Assembly: GCA_038891095.1 (NCBI GenBank)
Contig: JAWAEV010000002.1
Span: forward strand, 32,001 to 96,000
Reading direction: 5' to 3'
DNA length: 64,000 nt
Origin: Candidatus Altiarchaeota archaeon
Lineage (GTDB): Archaea; Altiarchaeota; Altiarchaeia; IMC4; QMZM01
Each line of letters starts with the position of its first letter. Position 1 is the stretch's first letter. The notes beneath the pieces are model-generated. The model worked only from the letters and a program-made list of their open reading frames with translations, was not told where the DNA came from and made no database searches. Position numbers and translations under genes: made by a program. This document shows, piece after piece, positions 29,391 to 39,786 of this stretch.

Positions 29391-30223
29391 TTAACAATCT
29401 CTCCTTTGCCAGATGGAATCCATCTCTGAAATTCTTCTAAAGGAATTTTCTTAATTTTTCTACCATCAGTCTCATTTGATTTTCTTAAAATTTCCTTCTT
29501 TATTTCTTCAGCGAGTTCCTTAGATTTTCTATGCCCTGGTTTTATTGTTACAAAGTATTTACACTTTTTTTCTATAGAACTTGTCACTCCTGCAACTATT
29601 TCAATTTTCTCATCATCGATGATAACACCAATTGAAATTTTTAATTCAACATTTCTAAACCAATTTTTCTTTCCAGAAATAATAAATGCTCCTTTAGCAA
29701 GATATTGCCCAGCTGGCGCAGTCTTTGAAATTTGTTCCGGAAGAAAATAGTAAACATTACAATTACCTAAACCAAATTGCCATGCTTTTGAATATGCTGC
29801 CGCTAATTTTGCAGTCTCTTCAAGAGTACTTTCTGGAATTTTCTCTGCTGAGGGATTTTTTATTAAAAAAAATGGTGCCCCATAAATATCTGCATGAAAA
29901 ACTAAATCATTTTTTTCCATGTGCTTCTTTATTAGTATCTCATTAGAACTTGCATCTCTGCCAGCAACGATTAAAAAATTATCTGAAGAAAAAAAATAGC
30001 GAAATTTTTCATACCACTTTTTTTCCTTTTGAATTTTTATTACTTGCTCATCTTCCTTTTTTCTATAGAGGATCTCACTTCTTTTCAATTCTTCTATCTT
30101 CTTTATAGTCTCTGTCAAAGCTTTTTTTAGTCCGTAAATTTTTTTCTTTGCTTTCTTTGCTTGTTCATAATATAGAGCTGCATTTTCTTGAGCACTTTTT
30201 CTCACATCCAAAGAAACTTCCAT
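29387..30223 (-). CDS. Short NFACT/Rqc2-family protein (coiled coil + NFACT-R)
   Basis: ENAALYY..AKK, KWYEKFRYF, GRDASSNE, FHADIYGAP, YLAKGAFIISG. Confidence 0.88.
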   Translation of the reverse strand: MEVSLDVRKSAQENAALYYEQAKKAKKKIYGLKKALTETIKKIEELKRSEILYRKKEDEQVIKIQKEKKWYEKFRYFFSSDNFLIVAGRDASSNEILIKKHMEKNDLVFHADIYGAPFFLIKNPSAEKIPESTLEETAKLAAAYSKAWQFGLGNCNVYYFLPEQISKTAPAGQYLAKGAFIISGKKNWFRNVELKISIGVIIDDEKIEIVAGVTSSIEKKCKYFVTIKPGHRKSKELAEEIKKEILRKSNETDGRKIKKIPLEEFQRWIPSGKGEIVN

Positions 30224-30259
30224 TTTGGTTATATTACAATAAAAAACAATAAAGATAAT

Positions 30260-30745
30260 ATGCTATTCTTTAAATTAGAAGCAACTGAAATAAGTTACAG
30301 GGCAAAAATTTTAACAATACAAATAAAAAAATCTGAGAAAGTAAAAATATGGTGCTCATGGGATTATGAGAGCGAGGAAGAACTTCTTAGAGAGTTTATA
30401 AATTTCTTTTTGCAGGAAGAAGATAAAATTATAGTTGGCTTCAATATATTGAAATTTGACATTCCGCTACTTTTGCTAAAAACATCCCATATGGAGAACT
30501 TTGAGAAATTTTCAATGAAGATAAATCATTCGAACATTATTGATCTATTCATAGTGCTAACATTCCAAAGGAAGGGTAAGATAAAGAGTTTTAAGGATTA
30601 TTGCAATGAGATTAATATAGCTCCAATAAGTAGGGAAGAGATTTTAACTTTTTATCATAGTGGGCAATATGAAAAGATTAATGGAGCAATTTTGAAAAAT
30701 TTTGAAGCACTTGAGAAATTATTTAAAAATATGCTGAAAAAATGA
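30260..30745 (+). CDS. DnaQ/RNase H-like exonuclease paralog, probably inactive
   Basis: SEEELLREF, VGFNILKFDIPLL, IIDL; ExoI motif reads FKLE instead of FDxE. Confidence 0.7.
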   Translation: MLFFKLEATEISYRAKILTIQIKKSEKVKIWCSWDYESEEELLREFINFFLQEEDKIIVGFNILKFDIPLLLLKTSHMENFEKFSMKINHSNIIDLFIVLTFQRKGKIKSFKDYCNEINIAPISREEILTFYHSGQYEKINGAILKNFEALEKLFKNMLKK

Positions 30746-31389
30746 CAGAATACTATTTTGATACAGAAATTGCATATGACCGCGATGAGATAGTAGAGAA
30801 AATTCGCAATAATGAGAAATTTCCTTTTGATCCAAAGCAATGCAAAATTATAACAATACAATTTCAGCAAATTGATAAATATGGCAGAGGAGTTGGAAAA
30901 TTAAGAGTTTTAAAAGAGTGGGAATCAAGTGAGGAAGATATAATAAGAAAGTTTTCAGCAGTAATTCAACCAGAGAACAGATGGAATTTTATCCCTGTTG
31001 GTTATAATGTTTATTTTGATTTAGGAATTTTCAAGGAAAGGGCAAAAATTTATGGCATTGACTATGATAAATGGTTTATATATCATGACCTGCCAGCTAT
31101 TGATTTAAGACCAATTTTCTTAGCATTAAATGATTTTCAGTTTAAGGGTTCTGGCTTAGACAAATTCACAAAAAAAGAGCATTCTGGTGCTTTAGTGCCA
31201 ATATGGTATTCACAACATGAATATGAAAAAATTTTAAATTACATTGAAAAGGAAGCTGAGGAATTTTTACTTTTCTATCAAAAGTTAAAATCAAAAATTC
31301 CAGATATAAGAGAAATTATGGGCTATCCAAGGAAAATTTTTTATGAAGAAGGCAAAGCATCAATCCAGAGGCAATTAGATCAGCAGTAG
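30742..31389 (+). CDS. DnaQ/RNase H-like 3'-5' exonuclease
   Basis: YYFDTE, IITIQFQ, WESSEEDII, VGYNVYFDL, IDL, ILNYIEKE. Confidence 0.8.
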   Translation: MTEYYFDTEIAYDRDEIVEKIRNNEKFPFDPKQCKIITIQFQQIDKYGRGVGKLRVLKEWESSEEDIIRKFSAVIQPENRWNFIPVGYNVYFDLGIFKERAKIYGIDYDKWFIYHDLPAIDLRPIFLALNDFQFKGSGLDKFTKKEHSGALVPIWYSQHEYEKILNYIEKEAEEFLLFYQKLKSKIPDIREIMGYPRKIFYEEGKASIQRQLDQQ

Positions 31390-32218
31390 TTCCAGGATTG
31401 AATCTATTTTTCTTATCATGTAAATATCTGTAAAATCTTTCAATTTCCTTTCTGCCTTTTTCTGTTTTAACTCCACCAAGACTAATTATTTCCTCTGCCT
31501 TTTTTGAAATTTCCTTTGCTTTCTCTTTACCATTTTTCTTTGCTATTAGAGTGTCATAGTATTTAGATAACAACTCAAGATAACTCTGCAAGATTGCATT
31601 TTTAATATCCCTAATTTCAAAAAAATTTTTCTCAATTAGTTTTGATGAAAATTTTGTAATTTTCAAGTCATTTATAAGATCATAAGCAATTCTATCATTT
31701 TTTGCAGAAATTTTTAGCATTTTATAGAACGAAACTCTTGGTTTTTTTAATTTTCCACCAACATTTGCATTTGAAATTTCTATCGCATCATAAAAATCAA
31801 TTGTGTCTTTGACTGTTGCAAATTTCAAAATTTTTTTTATACTTCTGCCAATTTCCTCTTTTGAAAGGCTATATGCAATTGAAATCGGAATCATCAATAG
31901 GAGCATTCCTAAATGTGTATTAGCCTTGGCATAAGGATGTGAGTTCATAACATAAATTGTCCCCATTTTTATTAACTCGCCAATTTTTAAATCTCTAAGA
32001 GAAATTTTTCCTTTTTTTGCGAGTATGCCTCTTTCAGTTGAGATTCTAATGACATTACTAAGTGCAATTGCTCCAGCTAAGAAATCTTCATATTTAACAT
32101 CAGAAAAATTATTCCATGGGGAAACATTTCCAGGTTTATCTATCGAAACCTCTAAAATTGCAGATGTTTTCGCTATTAAAGCAACAGAATTTATTTTTTC
32201 AATCTCAATTTCTCTCAT
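31316..32218 (-). CDS. citG: Triphosphoribosyl-dephospho-CoA synthase (CitG family)
   Basis: LEVSIDKPGNV, NTHLG, DTLIAKK, NPGTTADL. Confidence 0.9.
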   Translation of the reverse strand: MREIEIEKINSVALIAKTSAILEVSIDKPGNVSPWNNFSDVKYEDFLAGAIALSNVIRISTERGILAKKGKISLRDLKIGELIKMGTIYVMNSHPYAKANTHLGMLLLMIPISIAYSLSKEEIGRSIKKILKFATVKDTIDFYDAIEISNANVGGKLKKPRVSFYKMLKISAKNDRIAYDLINDLKITKFSSKLIEKNFFEIRDIKNAILQSYLELLSKYYDTLIAKKNGKEKAKEISKKAEEIISLGGVKTEKGRKEIERFYRYLHDKKNRFNPGTTADLIASGLMLCLLHKKFSLDSP

Positions 32219-32220
32219 AA

Positions 32221-33306
32221 CTAAATTTCAGAAATCCCTCCAAATAAACTGTGATATTCATCACTATATGCATAGCCTGTTTCTCCAATATGACTCATGC
32301 CTAAAATATTTGGTGATTTCACACCAGTTATAATTGCCATAACCTCTATTTTGTCTCTCAATCTTGGAGTTACTCTCGCGCCCCATGTAACTACTGCATT
32401 AGGTGCTAATTCCTTTGTTATTAACTCGCCAACACGATTAGCTTCTCCTAAGGTTAAATCCTCCCCACCAGTAATGTGAATTAATGCACCCTTAGCATCT
32501 TTATAACTAACTTCTAAAAGAGGTTGTTTTAATGCATTTTCTGCTGCTTTCTCAACTTTATCAGGGCCTTCACCATCTCCAACAGAAATTACAGCAACTC
32601 CACCTTGGCTCATAACTGCTTTTATATCTGCAAAATCTAAATTTATCAGAGATGGTTCCATTATAGTCTCTGTTATTCCCTTAACTGCTCTTGCAATAAC
32701 TTCATCAGCAACCATAAATGCCTTATCTATTGGTAAATTCGGTACATATTCTACCAGTTTATTATTATCTATAACAACAACAGTGTCACAAACTTTTTTT
32801 AGCTTAGTAATTGCAGATCTTGCTATCTCTAACCTAGTTCTTTCTAACTCAAATGGAAAAGTAACAATTGCAACAACAATTGCTCCTAAGTCATGAGCGA
32901 TTTGTGCTATAACTGGTGCAGAACCACTACCAGTACCGCCACCCATACCTGCACTTAAAAATAAGAGATTAGTATTTGCTAATAAATCTGTTAATTCTTT
33001 TTTACTTGCCTCTGCTGCTTTCTCACCTAACTCAGGAAAACCACCTGCACCTAAACCACGCATTAATTTTGCACCAATCAAAATTTTTGTTATCGAATCA
33101 TCAATCTTATTTAGGTCCTGCTTATCTGTGTTCACTGCTATTAATTCTGCTCCTTCTATGCCCATATGGCTTAGCCTATTGACAGTGTTATTCCCTGCTC
33201 CGCCAGTGCCAAGAACAACTATCCTCAATCGACCAACTTCAAATTCATCCAGAATATTCTTGGATAAGTTAGCTTCTTCAATAGCATTACTTACAATTGA
33301 TTCCAT
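32221..33306 (-). CDS. ftsZ: Cell division protein FtsZ
   Basis: GTGGAGNN, AGMGGGTGSG, INLDFAD. Confidence 0.97.
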   Translation of the reverse strand: MESIVSNAIEEANLSKNILDEFEVGRLRIVVLGTGGAGNNTVNRLSHMGIEGAELIAVNTDKQDLNKIDDSITKILIGAKLMRGLGAGGFPELGEKAAEASKKELTDLLANTNLLFLSAGMGGGTGSGSAPVIAQIAHDLGAIVVAIVTFPFELERTRLEIARSAITKLKKVCDTVVVIDNNKLVEYVPNLPIDKAFMVADEVIARAVKGITETIMEPSLINLDFADIKAVMSQGGVAVISVGDGEGPDKVEKAAENALKQPLLEVSYKDAKGALIHITGGEDLTLGEANRVGELITKELAPNAVVTWGARVTPRLRDKIEVMAIITGVKSPNILGMSHIGETGYAYSDEYHSLFGGISEI

Positions 33307-33369
33307 TTTTAAACAATATTATAATATTAACTCATTCTAAATAAATATCTAAAATACAATAATCATAAT

Positions 33370-33648
33370 GTGGTGGACTAGGCCGGGGTGTTGGGCGTAC
33401 CCTGTAACTTCAAATCGTCCTTATGGAAGGGCCGAAGTCTGAAAGCAGGGCAGTCAACTTTGAGATAAGTCTAAGTTCAATATCTATGAGTTTCTGTCTC
33501 ATCGGGTCACTTATTGCAAGAACCGAGTCAGGCCCTGGCGGGAGCAGCTCTAATTGCAAAAAAGGACGCTGGTGAGGTAGCGGAAATGAGTGAGAACTTA
33601 GATTTTTATCTCCAAGATGATTGTTCGACTTTCAGACATGTCCACCAC
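33370..33648 (+). ncRNA. ffs: Signal recognition particle (7S) RNA
   Basis: GTGGTGGAC/GTCCACCAC terminal helix; Alu domain with TGTAAC motif; long helix 5; helix 8 GAG-TCAGG-CCC-TGGC-GGG-AGCAG-CTC. Confidence 0.93.
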
Positions 33649-33822
33649 AGTTTTTTCTTAAAAAAGAAATGTATTTATTTGAAATATAGCTACTCAAATG
33701 TAAACAGATAAGATAGCACTATTAGAATTTAATTGTGCGTTTTAACATCCTCCATCAAAAATCAAAATTGCATATGTTCCTGGTGATTTAATTTATACTC
33801 ACCTAAAGTTTTTACTGACTTT

Positions 33823-35019
33823 TCACTCAACATGAACTCTGTGTAGATCAATATCCTCTTGCAGAATGTTGATATACCTCCTTGTTGACCTTTCTATATC
33901 CTTTGATTGAGTTATGTCCCTACCAACTATTATTATATCTGCTCCATCCTTCAATGCATGAGCTGCCATCTCTGGATTCATACCACCAGCAACACCAACA
34001 AGTAATCTCTTATCTTTGAAATTCCTTTTTAGACTTCTTATATCGCCCCATAAATTTTTTATTTCTGTTTTTTCAGTTATAGTTTCAGTGTCAATTGCTC
34101 TATGCAAGATAACAACATCTGGTAGTTCTCTCAAAGATTTCAAAACCTTCAATGGATCAGAGACATTTAATGTATCTACAAAAGCATATATCCCAAGCCT
34201 ATGAGCTTCATAAATGAATTTATCTAAAGTTTCTATAGGTGCTAAACCAGATGCAACAACAGCATTTGCTGTTTCTTCAAATGCTATGTCAACTTCAACT
34301 TGGCCGACATCTAATGTCTTAAGATCAGCAATTATAAATGCATCTTTTTCAATTTCTCTTATCTCGCTAATAACTTTGGTTCCATATTTCTTTATTAATG
34401 GAGTTCCAACCTCAATTATAATTGAATCGCTCTTTGGTAGATCTTGAACTACACTTTTAATTTTCTCTATATCTGGTATATCAAGAGCAATTTGTAAGTA
34501 TGGCGGCCTCCATAACCTCGGAATTTTAAAGCTCATAATTGGATGAGTTGCCCTATCTTTATCATACATTATCTTCTCAAGTGATGGATAATCTGTTAAT
34601 GCTCTTTTTAGTGCTAATTTTGTCGCACCATAATTATAATGGTAAATTTTACTAAAATCTTTAGCTTCTGGATGTATGAAAACTGAAGCGATAATAACCC
34701 ATTCATCAATTTTATCTTTTGGAATTATTCCTTCTTCAACAGCATCAGCGACTGCCTTTGCAACTGCTGCTTGCGCAGGACCAAAAATTTTATTTGCATC
34801 TTCTAAAGATTCAATTGTAACCTTAGGAACTATCAAAGTATATGGCTTTGCAGGTAAATTTGGCCTTATAACTCCGAGCAAAGGGGTATGTCCCTTTGAG
34901 AGATTTACAAGACCTTCTGCAAATGCTTCACCTACTTTACCTTCTTTGTCACCAATCATAAGGTCAATATGTGCAACTTCATTTCCTTTGCCTACAAGAG
35001 CTTCACCTATTTTATACAT
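33823..35019 (-). CDS. fae-hps: Bifunctional formaldehyde-activating enzyme / 3-hexulose-6-phosphate synthase
   Basis: [52 protein letters not shown]. Confidence 0.95.
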   Translation of the reverse strand: MYKIGEALVGKGNEVAHIDLMIGDKEGKVGEAFAEGLVNLSKGHTPLLGVIRPNLPAKPYTLIVPKVTIESLEDANKIFGPAQAAVAKAVADAVEEGIIPKDKIDEWVIIASVFIHPEAKDFSKIYHYNYGATKLALKRALTDYPSLEKIMYDKDRATHPIMSFKIPRLWRPPYLQIALDIPDIEKIKSVVQDLPKSDSIIIEVGTPLIKKYGTKVISEIREIEKDAFIIADLKTLDVGQVEVDIAFEETANAVVASGLAPIETLDKFIYEAHRLGIYAFVDTLNVSDPLKVLKSLRELPDVVILHRAIDTETITEKTEIKNLWGDIRSLKRNFKDKRLLVGVAGGMNPEMAAHALKDGADIIIVGRDITQSKDIERSTRRYINILQEDIDLHRVHVE

Positions 35020-35055
35020 TTTCTCATTAATTAATTTTTAATTATAACTTTAAAT

Positions 35056-35847
35056 TTAAACTAAATTTTCATTTGCATAATTTACGGCATTGCAAAATAT
35101 TTGAAGTGCTGTATTTTTTGGTAGAGTATTCTTAAATTTTAGTCTTTGCCATTCTGGATGAAGATAAGGGTTTAGAGCAGCTTCTGGGTGTGGCATAAGC
35201 CCAAAGACATTACCTTTTTTATTACAAATTCCTGCTATTGCTTTCAATGAACCATTTGGATTTTCAGGATAACTCATAGTTGGTTTTTTTGTTTTTTCTT
35301 TGCAATACTGTAAAACTATCATTTTTTCTTTTTCAATTCTTTCGAGAATTTTTCTTGATGCCAAAAATCTTCCTTCTCCATGGCGAACAGGCATCCTTAG
35401 ATCTTTAATTCCCTTTGTGAATATACAGGAAGAATTTTCATTTACTTTAACATGAATCCATCTATCTTCAAATTTTCCTGATGAATTTACTGTTAAAGTT
35501 GCAACTTGTTCTTTATTAATTCCTGGGAGTAACCCCATTTTTAATATAACTTGAAATCCATTGCAAATTCCTATAACCAAATTTCCCTCTTCAATAAATT
35601 TTTCAAATTCATTTTGCATAGAATACTTAAATTTATTCTTTAGGATAGTGCCTGCTGCAACATGGTCAGCATATGAAAAACCACCAATAATTGCTAATAT
35701 TTCATATTCCAAAATTTTTTCTGGGCAGCTTTCTAAATCTTTTATAAAAATTTTATCAACTTTTGCTCCAGCTAATTTAAAAGCATTTTCAGTTTCATCC
35801 TCACAATTTAAACCATAACCAATGGGAATTAAAACTCTTGCTTTCAT
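35056..35847 (-). CDS. purQ: FGAM synthase glutaminase subunit
   Basis: GGFSYAD, GICNGFQ, NPNGS, LMPHPE; ATG 35847 overlaps purL stop. Confidence 0.93.
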   Translation of the reverse strand: MKARVLIPIGYGLNCEDETENAFKLAGAKVDKIFIKDLESCPEKILEYEILAIIGGFSYADHVAAGTILKNKFKYSMQNEFEKFIEEGNLVIGICNGFQVILKMGLLPGINKEQVATLTVNSSGKFEDRWIHVKVNENSSCIFTKGIKDLRMPVRHGEGRFLASRKILERIEKEKMIVLQYCKEKTKKPTMSYPENPNGSLKAIAGICNKKGNVFGLMPHPEAALNPYLHPEWQRLKFKNTLPKNTALQIFCNAVNYANENLV

Positions 35848-38816
35848 AAGTGTCTTTTCCAAATTTCTTTAAGTTTTTCTATATTGGTATTTACGATGTA
35901 ATTACCATTGAAACCTTTAATTTTCAAAATTTTTCTCTTTGTTACAATTCCTATTTCAGAAAAGACATTCCCTTTTAAAATTTTTGAAAATTTCCCCTTT
36001 TTTTCTTTTGAAATTGTTACAAGAAATCTTGAGTTAGATTCTGAAAATAACAACTGGTCTTCTCTTTCAATTCCAGAACATGGAACTTTTCTTAGATCGA
36101 CATCTAAACCATAACCACCGGCAAATGAAATTTTTGCTAATGCAACTCCTAAGCCACCGAGAGTTATTGTATGTGCGGAATTCACTAATCCCTTAGAAAT
36201 AGCTTTACTTAATGCTTTATATAATCTCTTTGCAGCTTTTAAATTTACTTTTGGAACATTTTTTCCAATGTAAGCTTTTCCAGTATTTTTTTCACCAATA
36301 TAGCGATAATATTCCGAAGCTCCTAATTCATTAAAAGTTTCTCCAAGTATATAAAGCAAATCACCCGGAGCTTTGACATCCATTGTAACACATTTCCTGA
36401 TATCTTTAATTTTTGCTCTTATTGAAACTAACAATGTTGGTAAAATCCTCATAATTTTATTTTCAGTTTTATAAACATTCCTCATGCTATCCTTTCCAGA
36501 TATTAAAGGAAAATTCATTTTAGTATAATAATCACAAAGTCCTTTGTTTGCTCTCACAAGCTGAGCATAGCTGTATTGAGCTTCTTCACCAAAATCATCA
36601 TAGATATTCCAACAAAAATTATCTATACCATAAAGAAAATTTTTTCTATCAGGTAGCTTAGCTCCAACTGCTATAACTCTTCTTAGAGCTTCATCAGCAA
36701 CAGATTGAGCCATATGATAAGTGTCAATTTCAGAATAATAGGGGTTTATACCTTCTGCAAGGGCAATTCCTTCATAGCTTCCATATTCTAAACAGAAAAC
36801 TGAAGCATCACTTTCAACATCACTTTCTTTACCTATAAGAGGTTTTATCACTGTGAGTGCTTTTACTTCATGGTCATATTGTCTTAGCTTATCTTCTTTT
36901 GAGCAGATGTTCGGCCTTTTTAAAATTTCTTCAAGAGTCTTTTCTATATTTGGCATTTGAAATTTTGGCTCTGAAAGTTCTCTTTCTTTCCAGACTGCTT
37001 TTAGTTGCATTTTCTTAGCACTATGCAAAAATTCAAGGTCAAGATAAGCAACACTTTTGCCTTTATACTTAACATGAAATTTTCCAGAATTGGTAAATTT
37101 TCCAATTACAGTTGCTTCAACATCCCTCTTATTAGCTAATTTTAAAAATTCACCTATTTTTTCTTTACTAACCGCAAGAGTCATTCTCTCCTGAGATTCT
37201 GATAACAAAATTTCCCATGGGTCTAAGCCATGATACTTTAAAGGTGCTTTTTCGAGCTCAATCTCACAACCATTGCTGTAAATAGCCATCTCTCCAACTG
37301 ATGATGATAAGCCACCTGCACCATTGTCAGTAATACAATTATAAAGTAACTTATCTCTTGCTTCTAAAAGAAAATCTAACATCATCTTTTGTGTTATGGT
37401 GTCAGCAATTTGCACTGCTTGAACAGGGGAGCCCTTATGTAAAGCTCCTGAAGAAAATGTAGCTCCATGAATTCCATCTTTTCCAATTCTACCACCTACC
37501 ATAACAATAAAATCTCCTGGGTTTGCTTTCTTTTTATGTGTTTCTCTGTCATGAATTTTTCTTGGCATAACTCCAATAGTACCACAATAAACCAAAGGCC
37601 TAAAAGCATATTTTTCCTCGAAAATTTCTCTACCTCTGCCTAATGGAATTCCACTTTGATTACCACCATCTATCACACCTTTATGAACTCCTTCTCTTAT
37701 CCTTCTTGGATGTAAAATTTCCTTAGGTAAATTTTTCAAATTTAAATTTCCAAAACAAAATGCGAAGACATTTATCATCGGTTTTGCTCCAAGACCTGCA
37801 CCAAGAATGTCCCTATTCACTCCTAAAATTCCAGTTATTGCCCCTCCATATGGTTCAAGTGCTGATGGTGCATTATGTGTTTCTATCTTATCTGCTATTA
37901 AAATTTTATCATTTAAAGCTACAATTCCAGCATTGTCATTAAATGCCGAAAGTAACCATGGAAACTTCTTCCCAATTTTTAAACTTGGCTCTTTTATATA
38001 TGTTTTAAAAAGACTATCAATAATCTCTTCTTTTCCATTTTCAAAATAATGAATTTTTGCATTAAATCTTTTATGCTTACAATGATCTGACCATGTTTGT
38101 GCTATAGCTTCTAATTCAACATCTGTTATGGAGCTTAGACCAACCTTCTTTCGCTCTTTTAAAAATTTCTCATTTGAAAAGTATTCTTTAATCAGCAACA
38201 TTTCATCAAGATTTAAAGCAAGAAGTCTCTCATTACTTAACTTTATAAGCTCTTCATCTGAAAATTTTCTTAGATCATAGGTTTCAACTCTCTCTTTTTT
38301 ATTAGAGAAAACGATAGGTAAAGGGATAGATACACCTTTCTTTAAAACTTCATCTCTTCTAAAAATATAAATCTCTTCTATTATCTTATTTGCTAAAAGT
38401 TCATTTGCAATTTTTTCAACATCCCCTCTTTTTAAATTTCCCTTAATGTAAAATTGTTTTGAACTATGAACGCTTTCCCCTTCTTTGAGATTCCTTTTTA
38501 TCACATCCTTAATCCCATGATTTTTACAAGTGTCACCTATATTATCTTTAACTCCAGGTTTGAAGCCTATTTCAATTAACCAATCAAAATCAATTTTTTC
38601 ATAACAAACTTTTTCTTCTGTTATTGAATCAATAAATAAATCTTTAAGAAGAATTGAAAATTCCTCTTCAGAAAGCTCGGCATTTATTGTATAAACCTTT
38701 GCTGTTCTTATGGAATTTATTCTAAATCCGAAAAATTCTTCTATGTCTCTTCTTAAACTTTCAGCTAAAACATCCCTTTCATTTTTTTTCTTTATTACTT
38801 CAATCCTCCTTATCAT
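35844..38816 (-). CDS. purL: FGAM synthase synthetase subunit, long form with N-terminal PurS-like region
   Basis: QTWSDHCKH, ETHNAPS, DGIHGAT, DNGAGG, SESQERM, QYDHEV. Confidence 0.94.
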   Translation of the reverse strand: MIRRIEVIKKKNERDVLAESLRRDIEEFFGFRINSIRTAKVYTINAELSEEEFSILLKDLFIDSITEEKVCYEKIDFDWLIEIGFKPGVKDNIGDTCKNHGIKDVIKRNLKEGESVHSSKQFYIKGNLKRGDVEKIANELLANKIIEEIYIFRRDEVLKKGVSIPLPIVFSNKKERVETYDLRKFSDEELIKLSNERLLALNLDEMLLIKEYFSNEKFLKERKKVGLSSITDVELEAIAQTWSDHCKHKRFNAKIHYFENGKEEIIDSLFKTYIKEPSLKIGKKFPWLLSAFNDNAGIVALNDKILIADKIETHNAPSALEPYGGAITGILGVNRDILGAGLGAKPMINVFAFCFGNLNLKNLPKEILHPRRIREGVHKGVIDGGNQSGIPLGRGREIFEEKYAFRPLVYCGTIGVMPRKIHDRETHKKKANPGDFIVMVGGRIGKDGIHGATFSSGALHKGSPVQAVQIADTITQKMMLDFLLEARDKLLYNCITDNGAGGLSSSVGEMAIYSNGCEIELEKAPLKYHGLDPWEILLSESQERMTLAVSKEKIGEFLKLANKRDVEATVIGKFTNSGKFHVKYKGKSVAYLDLEFLHSAKKMQLKAVWKERELSEPKFQMPNIEKTLEEILKRPNICSKEDKLRQYDHEVKALTVIKPLIGKESDVESDASVFCLEYGSYEGIALAEGINPYYSEIDTYHMAQSVADEALRRVIAVGAKLPDRKNFLYGIDNFCWNIYDDFGEEAQYSYAQLVRANKGLCDYYTKMNFPLISGKDSMRNVYKTENKIMRILPTLLVSIRAKIKDIRKCVTMDVKAPGDLLYILGETFNELGASEYYRYIGEKNTGKAYIGKNVPKVNLKAAKRLYKALSKAISKGLVNSAHTITLGGLGVALAKISFAGGYGLDVDLRKVPCSGIEREDQLLFSESNSRFLVTISKEKKGKFSKILKGNVFSEIGIVTKRKILKIKGFNGNYIVNTNIEKLKEIWKRHL

Positions 38817-38825
38817 CTTTTGGAA

Positions 38826-39785
38826 TTAACAGAATAAATCTTTCAAGTAAATTTTATGTTGCCCTAATTTACCATCGTAATTTCCAGCAGAGATTTTTTT
38901 TACTCCATTTAAAGAAGAAACTGCTTTTATTGCAGAAATCATCGCTCTTTTAACATCTTCAAGAGTTTCACCATTTATCACAATTTCTGGTATTGAAAAA
39001 ACATTTTCTGGAACATCAGAATCTTGAATCTTTCCTTTGAGAGTTGGACAAAATTTATAGTTTGTTGGTGGCCCAATTTTTCCATAGTTAGCAACCATTG
39101 ATCCAGAAGGACAAACATAGAATGGAGTTATAACATTAGGAACTTTTTTAATTGCATCAATAGCTTTTTTTCCTGCAATTTTTGCTGTTTTTAAACTATC
39201 ACAAAAAAGCCAGAGATTAGCTCCAGAGATACCTAAACCAATACCAATATTTCTTTCAATTTTAAAATCATAGCCTATCATCAGTGGTATACTATAATGT
39301 TCTTTTCCATACTCTTTAACAATTTTTTCATAGCCACCACCACAATCGCCAACTCTTTCCTTAGTGTCAATACTAAAAATCTCTCTTTCTTTTTTAAGAG
39401 AATTAAAAACTCTTGTTGTGCCAAATGAAGCTGAAAGTATGTCTTGTCTTATACGAATTGCAACCTCACTAAAAAATTTTTCAACTTGATCTTCAAGTGG
39501 TTTATCCTTTCTATAAACTCCATAAAATTGCAATATGACACCTTCTCTACCATCAGGCGTTTCCTCTTTCCTAAGAAATTTTTCAATTCCTGCTTCAATT
39601 CTTCCAACAACAATTCCAGGAGTTGATGTTGCTCTATAAGCTAAAAATCTCAAAGGATCATATTCTAAGAAAGGACTTTTTCTATCCTCTAAATCTAAGC
39701 TACGATCTGCTGTAACAAGAATTCTGCAGTAAAGAGCATCAAATGCCTCTGCATATGTGTCCTCTACAAACTCTCTTAATCTCAT
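38826..39785 (-). CDS. ftr: Formylmethanofuran:H4MPT formyltransferase (divergent)
   Basis: EDTYAEAF, EAGIE, TPDGR, CPTLKG, EIVING, ISAGNYDGKLG. Confidence 0.88.
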   Translation of the reverse strand: MRLREFVEDTYAEAFDALYCRILVTADRSLDLEDRKSPFLEYDPLRFLAYRATSTPGIVVGRIEAGIEKFLRKEETPDGREGVILQFYGVYRKDKPLEDQVEKFFSEVAIRIRQDILSASFGTTRVFNSLKKEREIFSIDTKERVGDCGGGYEKIVKEYGKEHYSIPLMIGYDFKIERNIGIGLGISGANLWLFCDSLKTAKIAGKKAIDAIKKVPNVITPFYVCPSGSMVANYGKIGPPTNYKFCPTLKGKIQDSDVPENVFSIPEIVINGETLEDVKRAMISAIKAVSSLNGVKKISAGNYDGKLGQHKIYLKDLFC

Positions 39786-39786
39786 A

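Noticed and set aside
31316-31389. 74-bp convergent overlap of the exonuclease and citG
   Set aside because: Most simply a non-conserved C-terminal run-on in a compact genome
33514-33711. 65-aa ORF
   Set aside because: Lies within the SRP RNA
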